DNA from: Verrucomicrobiia bacterium
Lineage (GTDB): Bacteria > Verrucomicrobiota > Verrucomicrobiia > Limisphaerales > DSYF01
Length of the DNA stretch: 64,000 nucleotides
Assembly (NCBI GenBank): GCA_035765895.1
Contig: DASTWL010000014.1
Location: forward strand, 16,804 to 80,803
Direction of reading: 5' to 3'
Position 1 is the stretch's first letter; every line of letters starts with the position of its first letter. Made by a program: the position numbers and the translations under genes. The notes under the pieces are model-generated. The model searched no databases. It saw only the letters and a list, made by a program, of their open reading frames with translations, and had not been told where the DNA came from. Of the stretch, positions 17,660-27,206 are shown one piece after another.

Positions 17660-19057
17660 ATGGAAGCTAACCAATTTGCCGAGTTTGAAAGCAAAATGCG
17701 GGCGGCCGGCTTGAACGATGCCTGCATCACCGCGTTCCGCCACAATTACGCAGCGCTGGTCGCCGGGCAGACCGGCCAGATTCCCGAGGCCAGCATCCAG
17801 CCGGTCTCCGCGCTGCCGCGGTATGAGGAACTGCCCCGGACCGCCCGGCCAAACATCCAACTGCTGGGGCAAACGGTTGTGCTGAAGCTCAATGGTGGTC
17901 TCGGCACCAGCATGGGGCTCGAATCACCCAAGTCGCTCCTGCCGGTCAGGGACGGCGAAACCTTTCTCGATCTGATTGCCCGCCAGATTTTGCACCTGCG
18001 CCGGACGCATTCGGTGCCACTGCGATTTCTGCTGATGAACAGCTTCAGCACCAGCGCACCCACCTTGGCCGCCCTGCGAAAGCATCCCGAACTGGGCGAA
18101 CCCAAAGGGCTGGAGTTGATGCAGAACTTCGTGCCCAAGGTGGATCTGGCCACGCTGCGCCCGGCCCGCTGGCCCGCCAACCCGCAACTGGAATGGTGTC
18201 CGCCCGGCCATGGCGATTTGTTCGCCGCACTCGCCGGATCGGGCTGGTTGCAACGGCTGCTGGACGCCGGTGTGAAATACCTGTTCGTCTCGAATTCCGA
18301 CAATCTCGGCGCCAGTCTGGACCTGCCATTGCTGAATTACTTCGCGCAGTCGAACCAGCCGTTTCTCATGGAAGTCTGCGAGCGCACTGCGGCTGATCGC
18401 AAGGGCGGTCACCTCGCCCAGCGCGCCGGGCGGTTGCTCTTGCGCGAGTCCGCGCAATGTCCGGCCGCCGACGAAGCCGCGTTTCAAGACATCGCCCGCC
18501 ATCGGTTCTTCAACACGAACAATCTCTGGGTGCGTCTGGATTTGCTGGCTGAAGTGCTGGCCCGGCACGGCGGCATGATCCCCCTGCCCTTGATCAAGAA
18601 CATCAAAACCGTGGATCCACGCGACGGCCAGTCACCCAAGGTCGCCCAACTGGAGACCGCCATGGGCGCCGCGATTGAATGTTTTGAAAATGCCGGCGCC
18701 ATTGTGGTGCCGCGCACCCGCTTTGCGCCGGTAAAAACCTGCGCCGACCTGCTCGCGGTCCGGTCGGACGCCTATGAGACCACGCCGGACTGGCGCATTG
18801 AAATGCGACCGGAACGGCATGGGCAACCACCCGCGCTCAATCTGGACGGCGCCCATTACAAGCTCGTGGACCAGCTCGACGCCTTGACGCACCACGGCGT
18901 GCCTTCCCTGCGAAGTTGCGATTCGCTGACCGTGAACGGTGCGGTTCAGTTCAGCGCGGCCAACGTCTTTCAGGGAAAGGTGGCGATCACGAACCGCTCC
19001 GACTCGCCCAAGGCATTGCCACCGGGAGATTATACCGACACGAATCTGATGCTGTAA
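17660..19057 (+). CDS. UTP--glucose-1-phosphate uridylyltransferase, UDPGP (eukaryotic-type) family
   Basis: LKLNGGLGTSMGLESPKSLLPVRDGETFLDLIARQI, LLMNSFSTS, PPGHGDLF and LFVSNSDNLGA are the UDPGP-family signatures. Confidence 0.85.
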   Translation: MEANQFAEFESKMRAAGLNDACITAFRHNYAALVAGQTGQIPEASIQPVSALPRYEELPRTARPNIQLLGQTVVLKLNGGLGTSMGLESPKSLLPVRDGETFLDLIARQILHLRRTHSVPLRFLLMNSFSTSAPTLAALRKHPELGEPKGLELMQNFVPKVDLATLRPARWPANPQLEWCPPGHGDLFAALAGSGWLQRLLDAGVKYLFVSNSDNLGASLDLPLLNYFAQSNQPFLMEVCERTAADRKGGHLAQRAGRLLLRESAQCPAADEAAFQDIARHRFFNTNNLWVRLDLLAEVLARHGGMIPLPLIKNIKTVDPRDGQSPKVAQLETAMGAAIECFENAGAIVVPRTRFAPVKTCADLLAVRSDAYETTPDWRIEMRPERHGQPPALNLDGAHYKLVDQLDALTHHGVPSLRSCDSLTVNGAVQFSAANVFQGKVAITNRSDSPKALPPGDYTDTNLML

Positions 19058-19080
19058 TGGAATGCCGGCGGATGCCGGCT

Positions 19081-19590
19081 TCAGTTCGCCTTTTTGGCCG
19101 CCCGGGACCGCACATGGTCGAAGTGTTCCTCCGATACGATGTAGCCCACGCACCCCGGCGCGCCGCACCGGCACGGATGATCAAGATAGTCGGCCAGGTC
19201 ATAACCGTAGTTGAAGGACAGTTCCTCGCCCGCCTTGATGTCGCGCAGTGCAATGATCCAGACGCGTCCTGCGTCCTCGTCCAGTTCCGATTCGCAATTG
19301 GGCACGCAACTGTGGTTGAGAAAGCGCGCCGGATTCCAGGGCACGTCGCCGTCGATGTCCCATGCCTCGTTGAGGTAAAAGATGTAGCGGTTGTCGGCTT
19401 CGCAGCGCCGCCGGGCCTCGGCCTTGTCGATCCGCTCCCCCACATATTCGATGACCCGCGTGCCGGCGGGAATGTCGCACCGGGCAAAGCCGCCTGTGCC
19501 GTGAATCGATGAATAGGTGAAGCGCACCAGGGAATGCTTCGAGTCGCCCGATTCAGCGGGCGTCGTCGCGGGTGGTTGAGTGCTGTTCAT
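19081..19590 (-). CDS. SET-domain protein (lysine methyltransferase-like) with post-SET Cys cluster
   Basis: IHGTGGFA, RFLNHSCVPNC, ELSFNYGY and the post-SET CRCGAPGCVGY. The start is ambiguous (ATG at 19590, 19599 or 19638). Confidence 0.85.
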   Translation of the reverse strand: MNSTQPPATTPAESGDSKHSLVRFTYSSIHGTGGFARCDIPAGTRVIEYVGERIDKAEARRRCEADNRYIFYLNEAWDIDGDVPWNPARFLNHSCVPNCESELDEDAGRVWIIALRDIKAGEELSFNYGYDLADYLDHPCRCGAPGCVGYIVSEEHFDHVRSRAAKKAN

Positions 19591-19683
19591 GAAAACCATT
19601 GCCTCCAAACGGGGATTACTTTGCCCGACGAACCGCACAATTCAAGCGGCTGTTCGCGCCGAAAAACAGTTGCAGTGTTCGCG

Positions 19684-21243
19684 TCAGAATTTGCGGAACG
19701 ACCGCGGTCCTGTCTTCTTCTTCCAGCCCGGTTTGCCACCGCGGAACTGCCCGGCGCCGCGTTCGCCCTGCTGCGAACGGAACGGACGTTTGCCTTCCCC
19801 GGTGCGCAGCATTTCGCGTTTTGGACCGGCGCCAAACGGGCGACGGCTGCTTGCCGGAAAAGCGCCGGACTTTTGAAAACCGGCTTTCAGACCATACTGG
19901 GCCGAGGATTTGAAAACGCCGGGCCCGCCACCCGCGGCGCGGCGGCGCGGCTCACGTCCTGCATCACCCTCGCGGGAATTGCCATAGGGACGCCGAGGCC
20001 GACGAAAATCCTGCTCAAAGCGATTTCCCTCCCGGTCCGGCCGGCCGCCACCGGACCGATCAAACGAGCCGGGACGGTTGCCGCCGGAGCGGCGGTCGCC
20101 GCGCGCAAAGCTGCCGGGACGGCGGGCTTCGCGCCCGCCTACGCCGTCCGCAAACTCACGCGGGCCGCGGAAGGGCTTCCGCCCAAATCGCGCCTCGCCA
20201 AACCGGCTGGCGCCGCTTTCGCTTCGTCGCGGGCGGGCGCTGAAACGGCCTTCCGCCGGCTGGCGGCGGTCAAAGGAACGGGGTGATCGTCGGGCTTCGC
20301 CGGCCGCGTCGGCCTGCGCCGCAAATGCCTCGTCCTGCTGCCAGTCAGATCGCGCGGGACGCGATTCCCATTCGCCTTCCTGCGCTTCATGCCGGCGCTG
20401 ACTGCGTTCCTCTTGACGTTTTTCCTTTTCCACGCGCCGCCGCTCCTCCAAGCGGGCCTTGGGATGCTCCAACGCCCGCTCCGGCGCCGTCCGGTTCTGC
20501 AATGCGGCATTGGCCGGGTCAAACCCATGGGCTTTGAGGAAGGCGTCCGATGCCGCGGCAATGTGCACCGGTTCCGCCAGGAACGGGTCGCGATAGCTGA
20601 GGTGGATGGCCCGCAGTGCGAGTTTTGATTCCGTCTTGTCCGAGGTCGTGACCGGCACGGGTCCGTAAAGTTCATCGCCCCAAACCGGATGTCCGACGGC
20701 AGCCAGGTGCAGGCGAATCTGGTGCGTGCGGCCCGTGAGCGGCCAGCACATGACGAGCGCCCGGTCAGCCCGCTTGTCGATCACCCGGAACAGGGTTTCG
20801 CTGTCCTTGCCCTGTGCATTGTTGATTTCCATTCGTCCGGGCCGGTCGGGCATGGGCGCAATACGCAGCCGGCATTTCCACTCCACCACTTCGGGCATGC
20901 CGTGCACGACCGCCAGATAAATCTTCTCCACCTTGCGGTCCTCGAACAATTCCGTGAAGGCCGGGAGCGCGCCGGGTGTTTTGACGAGCAGCAGCACACC
21001 CGACGTGTCGGCATCGAGCCGGTGAACGAAGCGGACGAACTTCAGATTCCGTGATTTGGCCCAGAAATCACCGGCGTTTACGGACGATGTGAGGGCGGCA
21101 AAAAGATTCCGGCCGGTGCTCTGCCACGAAACGGGCGCCAGCATCCAGCCCTGCGGTTTGTCGATGGCGATGACGTTCCGATCCTCGTGGAGGATGGGAA
21201 TGCGAAAGCCGTTGGCGAATTCGATGTAAGGCAACTTGGCCAC
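19684..21243 (-). CDS. RluA-family pseudouridine synthase with a C-terminal Arg/Gly-rich disordered extension of about 285 aa
   Basis: HRLDADTSGVLLLVKT catalytic motif and the HQIR motif in the first ~230 aa. The remainder (19684-20546) is R/G/E/P/F-rich, e.g. RRSGGNRPGSFDRSGGGRPDREGNRFEQDFRRPRRPYG. Confidence 0.9.
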   Translation of the reverse strand: MAKLPYIEFANGFRIPILHEDRNVIAIDKPQGWMLAPVSWQSTGRNLFAALTSSVNAGDFWAKSRNLKFVRFVHRLDADTSGVLLLVKTPGALPAFTELFEDRKVEKIYLAVVHGMPEVVEWKCRLRIAPMPDRPGRMEINNAQGKDSETLFRVIDKRADRALVMCWPLTGRTHQIRLHLAAVGHPVWGDELYGPVPVTTSDKTESKLALRAIHLSYRDPFLAEPVHIAAASDAFLKAHGFDPANAALQNRTAPERALEHPKARLEERRRVEKEKRQEERSQRRHEAQEGEWESRPARSDWQQDEAFAAQADAAGEARRSPRSFDRRQPAEGRFSARPRRSESGASRFGEARFGRKPFRGPREFADGVGGREARRPGSFARGDRRSGGNRPGSFDRSGGGRPDREGNRFEQDFRRPRRPYGNSREGDAGREPRRRAAGGGPGVFKSSAQYGLKAGFQKSGAFPASSRRPFGAGPKREMLRTGEGKRPFRSQQGERGAGQFRGGKPGWKKKTGPRSFRKF

Positions 21244-21314
21244 GAACGGAGCCTAACACCTCGCCGCGCAGAGGCCAAAGTTAATCGCACGCCCGCTCCG
21301 GGCGCGGGCAGCCG

Positions 21315-22439
21315 TCACTTCAGGTGCGCAATACGCTGCAACACCGCCTCGCAAACATTCCGGGCCGACGTGGGCCGGCCGACCGCACGGGCCGCCTTGC
21401 TCATCGCGGCCAGCTTCTTGCCGCCCAGCAACTGGCCGAGGCGATGGGACATTTCCTCGATCCGGTTGACTTTGATGGCGGCCCCGGCTTGCAGGAGAAA
21501 ATCGCTGTTGGCGGCTTCCTGGCCGGGGATGGGATTGATCACCACCATGGGCAGGCCGCTGGCCAGCGCCTCGGACGTCGTGAGCCCACCGGGCTTCGTG
21601 ATGACCACGTCCGACACCGCCATCAACTCGTTCATGTTCGACACGAAACCCAGCACATGCGTCGGATGCCGGCGATCCTGCGCCGCCACTTCACGCCGAA
21701 GCTCTTGATTTCGGCCGCACACCACCAGCGTCTGGAAACGGGCTTCAATCTTGTCCAGCTCGGCCAGCGTTTCGGAGATTGGCCCCCAGCCAAAGCCGCC
21801 GCCCAGCAGCAGAACCACCGGCTGGTCGTCGCGCAAACCGAAGCGCTGGCAGATTTCGCGTGGCTCCACCGGCTGTGCAAACCGGGCCGAAATCGGAATG
21901 CCAGTCACCGCCACATTGGCGGGGGCGGCACCGCGCGCCACCAGCCGCGCACACGTGGCCTCCGCCGCGACGCAATACAGGTCCACACAATCGCTCATCC
22001 ACAACGCGTGGGCCTCAAAATCCGTCACCACGCTGACAACGTAAGGCGCCGGCGCACCGGGCCCGCGCTTGAGGCGGGCCAGCACTTCCAGCGGAGAATA
22101 GTGGGTGCAGATGATGACGTCGGGCTTGCTGCGCTTGACATGCTTTTCCAGCTTGAGGCTGGACGTGGGGGTGAACACCCGCCGCAGACGGTTCAAGCGG
22201 GCCACCACCTTCGGATCATCCGTCTTGCTGAACAGCATGCCCCAAAGTTCAGGCGCATGTTCGACCATTTTTTCGTAGCCGTCCGCATGAATGCGCCGGT
22301 GCAGCGGCGAAAAAAACTGCACCAAATCGAGCTTTTCCAGCGCGTCGGCGGGCCGCAGGTTGCGCCACGCTTCTTCGACCGCCGCCGCCGCCGCGAGGTG
22401 GCCGCCCCCCGCGGTGGCCGTCGCTATGAGGATTCGCAT
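21315..22439 (-). CDS. GT28 glycosyltransferase, MGDG-synthase/UgtP-like (diacylglycerol glycosyltransferase)
   Basis: MRILIATATAGGGH N-terminus, VVTDFEAHALW, and DVVITKPGGLTTSEALASGLPMVVINPIPGQEAANSDFL, which resembles B. subtilis UgtP. The start is set at the ATG at 22439. Confidence 0.8.
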   Translation of the reverse strand: MRILIATATAGGGHLAAAAAVEEAWRNLRPADALEKLDLVQFFSPLHRRIHADGYEKMVEHAPELWGMLFSKTDDPKVVARLNRLRRVFTPTSSLKLEKHVKRSKPDVIICTHYSPLEVLARLKRGPGAPAPYVVSVVTDFEAHALWMSDCVDLYCVAAEATCARLVARGAAPANVAVTGIPISARFAQPVEPREICQRFGLRDDQPVVLLLGGGFGWGPISETLAELDKIEARFQTLVVCGRNQELRREVAAQDRRHPTHVLGFVSNMNELMAVSDVVITKPGGLTTSEALASGLPMVVINPIPGQEAANSDFLLQAGAAIKVNRIEEMSHRLGQLLGGKKLAAMSKAARAVGRPTSARNVCEAVLQRIAHLK

Positions 22440-22522
22440 GGGCGGGAATTTGCGCCGGACCGGCGATGGAGAGCAACGGGAATCGCGTTGAACCCGCGGC
22501 GGCACCGGGGCAGTGTGGGGCC

Positions 22523-22846
22523 ATGAAACGCGCCTCTGGATTTGCCCTGGTTCTGGTCACCGCCCCCAGTCCGGTCGTGGCCCGCCGGCTCGCCCGACAG
22601 GCGTTGCGCGCCCGGCTGATTGCCTGTGCCAACCTGATCCCCAAAGTTGAGTCGCATTACTGGTGGCAGGGCAAAATCGAGTCCGCCCACGAAGTGCTGC
22701 TGGTTTTGAAAACCCGTCGCACCCGGCTGGCGCAATTGGAGGAGCTGGTCCACCAACAGCACCCTTACGACACCCCGGAGTTTGTTGTGCTGGGACTGCA
22801 CGCCGGCTCGCAGCGTTATCTCGACTGGCTCGCGGCGAGCTGTTGA
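22523..22846 (+). CDS. cutA: Divalent-cation tolerance protein CutA
   Basis: LVLVTAP..IACANLIPKVESHYWWQGKIESAHEVLLVLKT..HPYDTPEFVVL is the CutA1 pattern. The start is set at the ATG at 22523. Confidence 0.85.
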   Translation: MKRASGFALVLVTAPSPVVARRLARQALRARLIACANLIPKVESHYWWQGKIESAHEVLLVLKTRRTRLAQLEELVHQQHPYDTPEFVVLGLHAGSQRYLDWLAASC

Positions 22847-22917
22847 AATGGCGAGAGGAGACTTGCCGCAGGGAAAAGGGTTGGGCAGATTGGCATCACA
22901 ACCAACAAAGGAGACTT

Positions 22918-23499
22918 ATGTCGATTGAACTACACCTCCACAAATACCCTAAAAAAGTCACCTTGAAGGACGGATTCAAGTGCACATTACGTCCGCTGCA
23001 GCGCGACGATGAGAGGGCATTCTTCGAATTCTTCCAGGCGATTCCCGAAAAGGAACGCATGTTCATCAAACATCGTGTTCAGGACGCGGCGGTCATCCGC
23101 AGTTGGTGCCAGCACATCGACTACGGCCGCAACTTCCCGCTCCTTGCGCTGGCCGAGAACAAAATCATCGGCACCGCCACCCTGCACCAACAGTTGGGCG
23201 GCTGGAAGCGCCACATCGGACGGATCAGCGTGCTCATGCACCCGCAGTTTCGCGGGCACGGCACCGCCCGGCTGCTTGTCGAGGAAGTGATTGACCTGGC
23301 GCGCAACGCCGGCCTGGAAAAGGCGGAGGCGGAATTTCTCGGAGAGCAGGAGGCCGGCATGAAGCTGTTCGCCATGCTCGGCTTCAGCCACCTGCTGCGC
23401 CTCGATGAATACGTGAAGGACATGCAGGCCATCAAACACGACTATGTATTGATGGGCTTGGAACTGAAAACGGACGAGGAATACGCCAGTGCTGGCTGA
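22918..23499 (+). CDS. GNAT family N-acetyltransferase
   Basis: ISVLMHPQFRGHGTARLLVEEVIDLARNAG is an acetyl-CoA binding Q/RxxGxG/A motif. The start is set at the ATG at 22918 (MSIELHLHKYP). Confidence 0.8.
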   Translation: MSIELHLHKYPKKVTLKDGFKCTLRPLQRDDERAFFEFFQAIPEKERMFIKHRVQDAAVIRSWCQHIDYGRNFPLLALAENKIIGTATLHQQLGGWKRHIGRISVLMHPQFRGHGTARLLVEEVIDLARNAGLEKAEAEFLGEQEAGMKLFAMLGFSHLLRLDEYVKDMQAIKHDYVLMGLELKTDEEYASAG

Positions 23500-23533
23500 A
23501 GCACAAACCGCCCGGCCAGCGACATCCGAAAAC

Positions 23534-23570
23534 AAAAAAGCCCGCTCGAACGAGCGGGCTTTTGCATTTT
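23534..23570. terminator. Bidirectional rho-independent terminator between the GNAT gene (+) and rplQ (-)
   Basis: aaaaaa-GCCCGCT-cgaacg-AGCGGGC-ttttgcatttt: a perfect GC-rich stem flanked by an A tract and a T tract. Confidence 0.8.
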
Positions 23571-23583
23571 CAAAGATTTGGGC

Positions 23584-24054
23584 TTACTTCTGCTCACCTT
23601 CAGGCTTGGCCGCGGCCGGTTCCGGCGCCGGTTCGCCCGCGGCAGGCAGTTCCACCCATTCCAAAATAGCCATCTTGGCCACGTCACCACGCCGCTCGCC
23701 CAGCTTGACGATGCGCGTATAGCCGCCCTTACGGTCCTTGAAGACGGGGGCAATCTGATCGAACAGGATATGCACCACATCCTCGTTCTGACGCCACTTT
23801 TTGCGCTCTTCCTTGCTCTGTTCGAGTGATCGACCCTGCGCGCGCAGCCGCGCGGCGGCCAGCCGGCGGGCGTGGATGGTGCCCTTCTTGCCGAGGGTGA
23901 CCATTTTCTCGGCCACGGAACGGGCGGCCTTGGCCTTGGCCAGCGTCGTGGTCACCCGCTTGTGTTTGATCAGGCTGGCGACGAGGTTGACCAGCATCGC
24001 ATTCCGATGCTCGCTCGTGCGGCCCAACTTGGCGGTTCTTTTAAGATGTCGCAT
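23584..24054 (-). CDS. rplQ: 50S ribosomal protein L17 (with Ala/Pro/Glu-rich C-terminal tail)
   Basis: MRHLKRTAKLGRTSEHRNAMLVNLVASLIKHKRVTTTLAKAKA. The tail is ELPAAGEPAPEPAAAKPEGEQK. Confidence 0.97.
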   Translation of the reverse strand: MRHLKRTAKLGRTSEHRNAMLVNLVASLIKHKRVTTTLAKAKAARSVAEKMVTLGKKGTIHARRLAAARLRAQGRSLEQSKEERKKWRQNEDVVHILFDQIAPVFKDRKGGYTRIVKLGERRGDVAKMAILEWVELPAAGEPAPEPAAAKPEGEQK

Positions 24055-24076
24055 AAAAAATCATCCTGCCGGTCAC

Positions 24077-25087
24077 TCAGACCTTTTTGTCATCCTTCGG
24101 CCCGTCGAGCAGTTCGGCCTCGAACGTCATGCCGAGCGCCAGGCCCAACGCCTGCAGCTTGTCCTTGATTTCATTCAGGGACTTCTTGCCGAAGTTGCGA
24201 TACTTGAGCATCTCCTGCTCGCTCTTCATCGCCAGCTGGCCAACGGTGGTGATGTTGGCGTTGTTCAGGCAGTTGGCAGCACGCACGCTCAGCTCAATTT
24301 CATTGACGCTCATGTTGAGGAGCTTCTTGAGCTTGGCCTTTTCGTCATCCTGCCGGTCCGCCACCTCTTCGAACTCAACGGCGTTCTTGTCATAGCCAAC
24401 GAACACATCGAGGTGGTGCTGCAAAATCGCCGACGACTGGGTCAGCGCATCGTCGGGTGTCATCCGCCCATCCGTCCAGACTTCCACGACCAGACGGTCA
24501 TAGTCCGTGCGCTGGCCAACGCGGGCCGCTTCGACGCCGTAACGAACGCGCGTGACGGGCGAGAAAATGGAATCAATGGCGATCACGCCAATGGCCTGGC
24601 CGGGCTTCTTGTTTTCGTCACCCGGGCAGAATCCGCGGCCGACCTTCACCTCGAGTTCCATCTCGAACTTCTTTTTCTTGTCGAGCGTGCAGATGTGCTG
24701 GTCGGGATTGACCAGTTCGAGGTTCTGGTTGACCTGAATGTCCGCCGCCGTGACGGCGCCTTCCTTGTTGACGGAGAGCAACAGGGTTTGAGGGTCGCGC
24801 GTGTTGGCCTTGAACTTGATCTTTTTGAGGTTGAGGACGATTTCGGTCACGTCCTCGACGACGCCATCAACCACGGCGAACTCATGCATCGCGCCGTCGA
24901 TCTTGACGGAGGTGATGGCCGCGCCTTCAAGCGAGCTCAACAGCACGCGGCGCAGGGAGTTGCCGATGGTGTGGCCGTAACCGGTTTCAAATGGTTCGGC
25001 AATGAACCTGGCATAGGTGTCCGTTGCGGTGCTCTCATCCTTCGTGAGCCGCTTCGGCATTTCAAAACGTCCGAGACGAATAGGCAT
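24077..25087 (-). CDS. rpoA: DNA-directed RNA polymerase subunit alpha
   Basis: FIAEPFETGYGHTIGNSLRRVLLSSLEGAAITSVKIDG. C-terminal domain ELSVRAANCLNNANITTVGQL. Confidence 0.97.
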   Translation of the reverse strand: MPIRLGRFEMPKRLTKDESTATDTYARFIAEPFETGYGHTIGNSLRRVLLSSLEGAAITSVKIDGAMHEFAVVDGVVEDVTEIVLNLKKIKFKANTRDPQTLLLSVNKEGAVTAADIQVNQNLELVNPDQHICTLDKKKKFEMELEVKVGRGFCPGDENKKPGQAIGVIAIDSIFSPVTRVRYGVEAARVGQRTDYDRLVVEVWTDGRMTPDDALTQSSAILQHHLDVFVGYDKNAVEFEEVADRQDDEKAKLKKLLNMSVNEIELSVRAANCLNNANITTVGQLAMKSEQEMLKYRNFGKKSLNEIKDKLQALGLALGMTFEAELLDGPKDDKKV

Positions 25088-25234
25088 GGTTTCCTTTCAA
25101 CAATTTTAATCTGACTCCGACGCCGTTATTCCCGGCGGCATCGCAGTCCGTATAATTGTTTTGGGGTGCGGAAAAAGGTGCGCGGTAATTCCCTGGAACT
25201 CCGCCACCGCCTTTTCCGTCACCCCGGTGGTCAA

Positions 25235-25843
25235 TTAGCGGGAATAAAATTCAACGACGGCCTGCTCATTGGCGATGGGCTGAATCTCATCGCGGGAGGG
25301 AATGCGCATGACAACCCCCTTGAGCTCGTCCTTGCTGAGCGACAGCCAGTCCGGCACGGCGCGGCTGGTGGCGCTCTCCAGATTCTTGGTCGCCATCTGG
25401 CGCGAGACATTGTTGTTCTTGATGGTGATCACGTCGTTCACGCGCAGCGCATAGGACGGGATGTTCACCTTGCGGCCGTTGACCTGCACGTGGCCGTGTC
25501 CGACCATCTGTCGTGCCGCCGCACGGGTGTTGGCAAAACCAAGCTGGTAAACCACGTTGTCCAGGCGGGTTTCCAGAATCTGGAGCATCTGTTCGCCGGT
25601 GACGCCGCGCCGGCGGATGGCCTTCTCATAAACGCCCCGGAACTGGCGTTCCATCAGTCCGTAATAATAACGCAGCTTCTGTTTCTCAATGAGGCCCAAA
25701 CCGTATTCGGTGAATTTCCGGCGGGACTTGGGGCCGTGCATGCCGGGCGGATAAGCACGGCGTTCCAGATACTTCGTCGGCCCAAAAATGGGGACGCCAA
25801 AGCGGCGGCTGATGCGGACGCGAGGACCAGTGTAACGAGCCAT
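25235..25843 (-). CDS. rpsD: 30S ribosomal protein S4
   Basis: MARYTGPRVRISRRFG..LEKQKLRYYYG..LDNVVYQLGFA. Confidence 0.97.
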   Translation of the reverse strand: MARYTGPRVRISRRFGVPIFGPTKYLERRAYPPGMHGPKSRRKFTEYGLGLIEKQKLRYYYGLMERQFRGVYEKAIRRRGVTGEQMLQILETRLDNVVYQLGFANTRAAARQMVGHGHVQVNGRKVNIPSYALRVNDVITIKNNNVSRQMATKNLESATSRAVPDWLSLSKDELKGVVMRIPSRDEIQPIANEQAVVEFYSR

Positions 25844-25874
25844 AACAAATCAGTCTTGGGTTGCTAAAGGGGGG

Positions 25875-26456
25875 TTAGACGCGGCGCTTCTTGCGCGGTC
25901 GGCAGCCATTGTGCGGCACCGGGGTGACGTCCCGGATCATCGTGACTTCAAGTCCGATGGCCTGCAAGGCACGGATGGCCGATTCGCGGCCCGAGCCGGG
26001 GCCTTTCACGCGCACTTCCACTTCGCGCATGCCGTGGGCCATCGCCTGGCGGGCAGCGTCCTGCGCCACCTGCTGGGCGGCGTAGGCCGTGCTCTTGCGC
26101 GACCCTTTGAAACCAACGCGGCCGGCGCTGGACCACCCGATGATGTTGCCGTGCATGTCCGTGATGTTGACCTGGGTGTTGTTGAACGTCGCCAGAATGT
26201 TGGCCACTCCGGTCGTGATGTTCTTGGAACCCTTGGCCTTGACGATCTTCTTTCCGGCCAGATCGTCAGCCAGCAATTCAGCTGCGGTGGGCGCACTGCC
26301 GGCAACGGGTCCTTCTGCAGGCTTGGCTTCCGCAACAGCAGGCGCGGGAGCGGCGGCGGCTTCCGGCGCAGCGGTCTTCTCTTTCTTGGCGGGCTTGGCG
26401 GCCTTGGCGGGTTTCTCCGCCGCGGCTTCGATCTTCGGTTTGGTCTCGTCGGACAT
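25875..26456 (-). CDS. rpsK: 30S ribosomal protein S11 with Ala/Lys/Pro-rich N-terminal extension of about 65 aa
   Basis: Core [53 protein letters not shown]. The extension is [38 protein letters not shown]. Confidence 0.95.
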   Translation of the reverse strand: MSDETKPKIEAAAEKPAKAAKPAKKEKTAAPEAAAAPAPAVAEAKPAEGPVAGSAPTAAELLADDLAGKKIVKAKGSKNITTGVANILATFNNTQVNITDMHGNIIGWSSAGRVGFKGSRKSTAYAAQQVAQDAARQAMAHGMREVEVRVKGPGSGRESAIRALQAIGLEVTMIRDVTPVPHNGCRPRKKRRV

Positions 26457-26465
26457 ACGAATAAA

Positions 26466-26861
26466 TTAGTGGATGCCGGTTTTGGCGTTGGGATTGCGTT
26501 GCACGCCGACCGTTTTGCGCGGGCCCTTGCGGGTGCGGGCGTTGGTTTGCGTCCGCTGGCCACGCACGGGGAGGCCGCGCAGATGGCGGACGCCGCGATA
26601 GCACTTGATGGCCTGCATGCGCTTGAGGTTCATGCCAATTTCGCGGCGCAGGTCACCTTCGATGACATACTTGCCCTCCTGAATGGCATGGACGATTTGG
26701 GAAAGCTGGGCTTCCGTCAGGTCCTTGGCCCGGATGCCGGGGTCGATGCCGGCGTTGGCCAGAATCTCCTTCGCATTCGTGGGCCCGATGCCGTAAACGT
26801 AGCGCAGCGCGATTTCGATGCGCTTGTTCGGCGGGATTTCAACACCAATGATACGTGCCAT
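26466..26861 (-). CDS. rpsM: 30S ribosomal protein S13
   Basis: [34 protein letters not shown]. Confidence 0.97.
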   Translation of the reverse strand: MARIIGVEIPPNKRIEIALRYVYGIGPTNAKEILANAGIDPGIRAKDLTEAQLSQIVHAIQEGKYVIEGDLRREIGMNLKRMQAIKCYRGVRHLRGLPVRGQRTQTNARTRKGPRKTVGVQRNPNAKTGIH

Positions 26862-26867
26862 AATGAA

Positions 26868-26981
26868 CTAGCCTTGACGTTGTTTGTGGCGCCGGTTGGT
26901 GCAAATCACCCGAATGACGCCCTTGCGGCGAACCACCTTGCAGTGCTCGCAAAGTTTTTTGACTGACGCGCGAACCTTCAT
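26868..26981 (-). CDS. rpmJ: 50S ribosomal protein L36 (not in the supplied ORF track, below its size cutoff)
   Basis: Manual reverse-complement translation gives [37 protein letters not shown] followed by a stop. It sits in the canonical position between infA and rpsM. Confidence 0.95.
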   Translation of the reverse strand: MKVRASVKKLCEHCKVVRRKGVIRVICTNRRHKQRQG

Positions 26982-26984
26982 AAA

Positions 26985-27206
26985 TCAATTGCTATGTGCT
27001 TCGACTAAAATTCGCCCCTCCGACAGGTCGTAGGGCGACAGTTGTAAATTTACCTTCCGGCCGACCAGCAGCCGGGCCTGACCGCTCTGGCGAACAGGCA
27101 CAAAACCGAACACGACATGGCCATTGGCCAGTCTCACCCGACAGGTGCGCTCCGAACAGACTTCCGTTACGACACCTTCAACCCGGAAGGCATCTTGTGC
27201 GCGCAT
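26985..27206 (-). CDS. infA: Translation initiation factor IF-1 (divergent)
   Basis: S1-like pattern VEGVVTEV..CRVRLANGHVVFGFV..VGRKVNLQLSPYDLSEGRI in the canonical position. Its start overlaps the map 3' end by 40 nt. Confidence 0.85.
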   Translation of the reverse strand: MRAQDAFRVEGVVTEVCSERTCRVRLANGHVVFGFVPVRQSGQARLLVGRKVNLQLSPYDLSEGRILVEAHSN

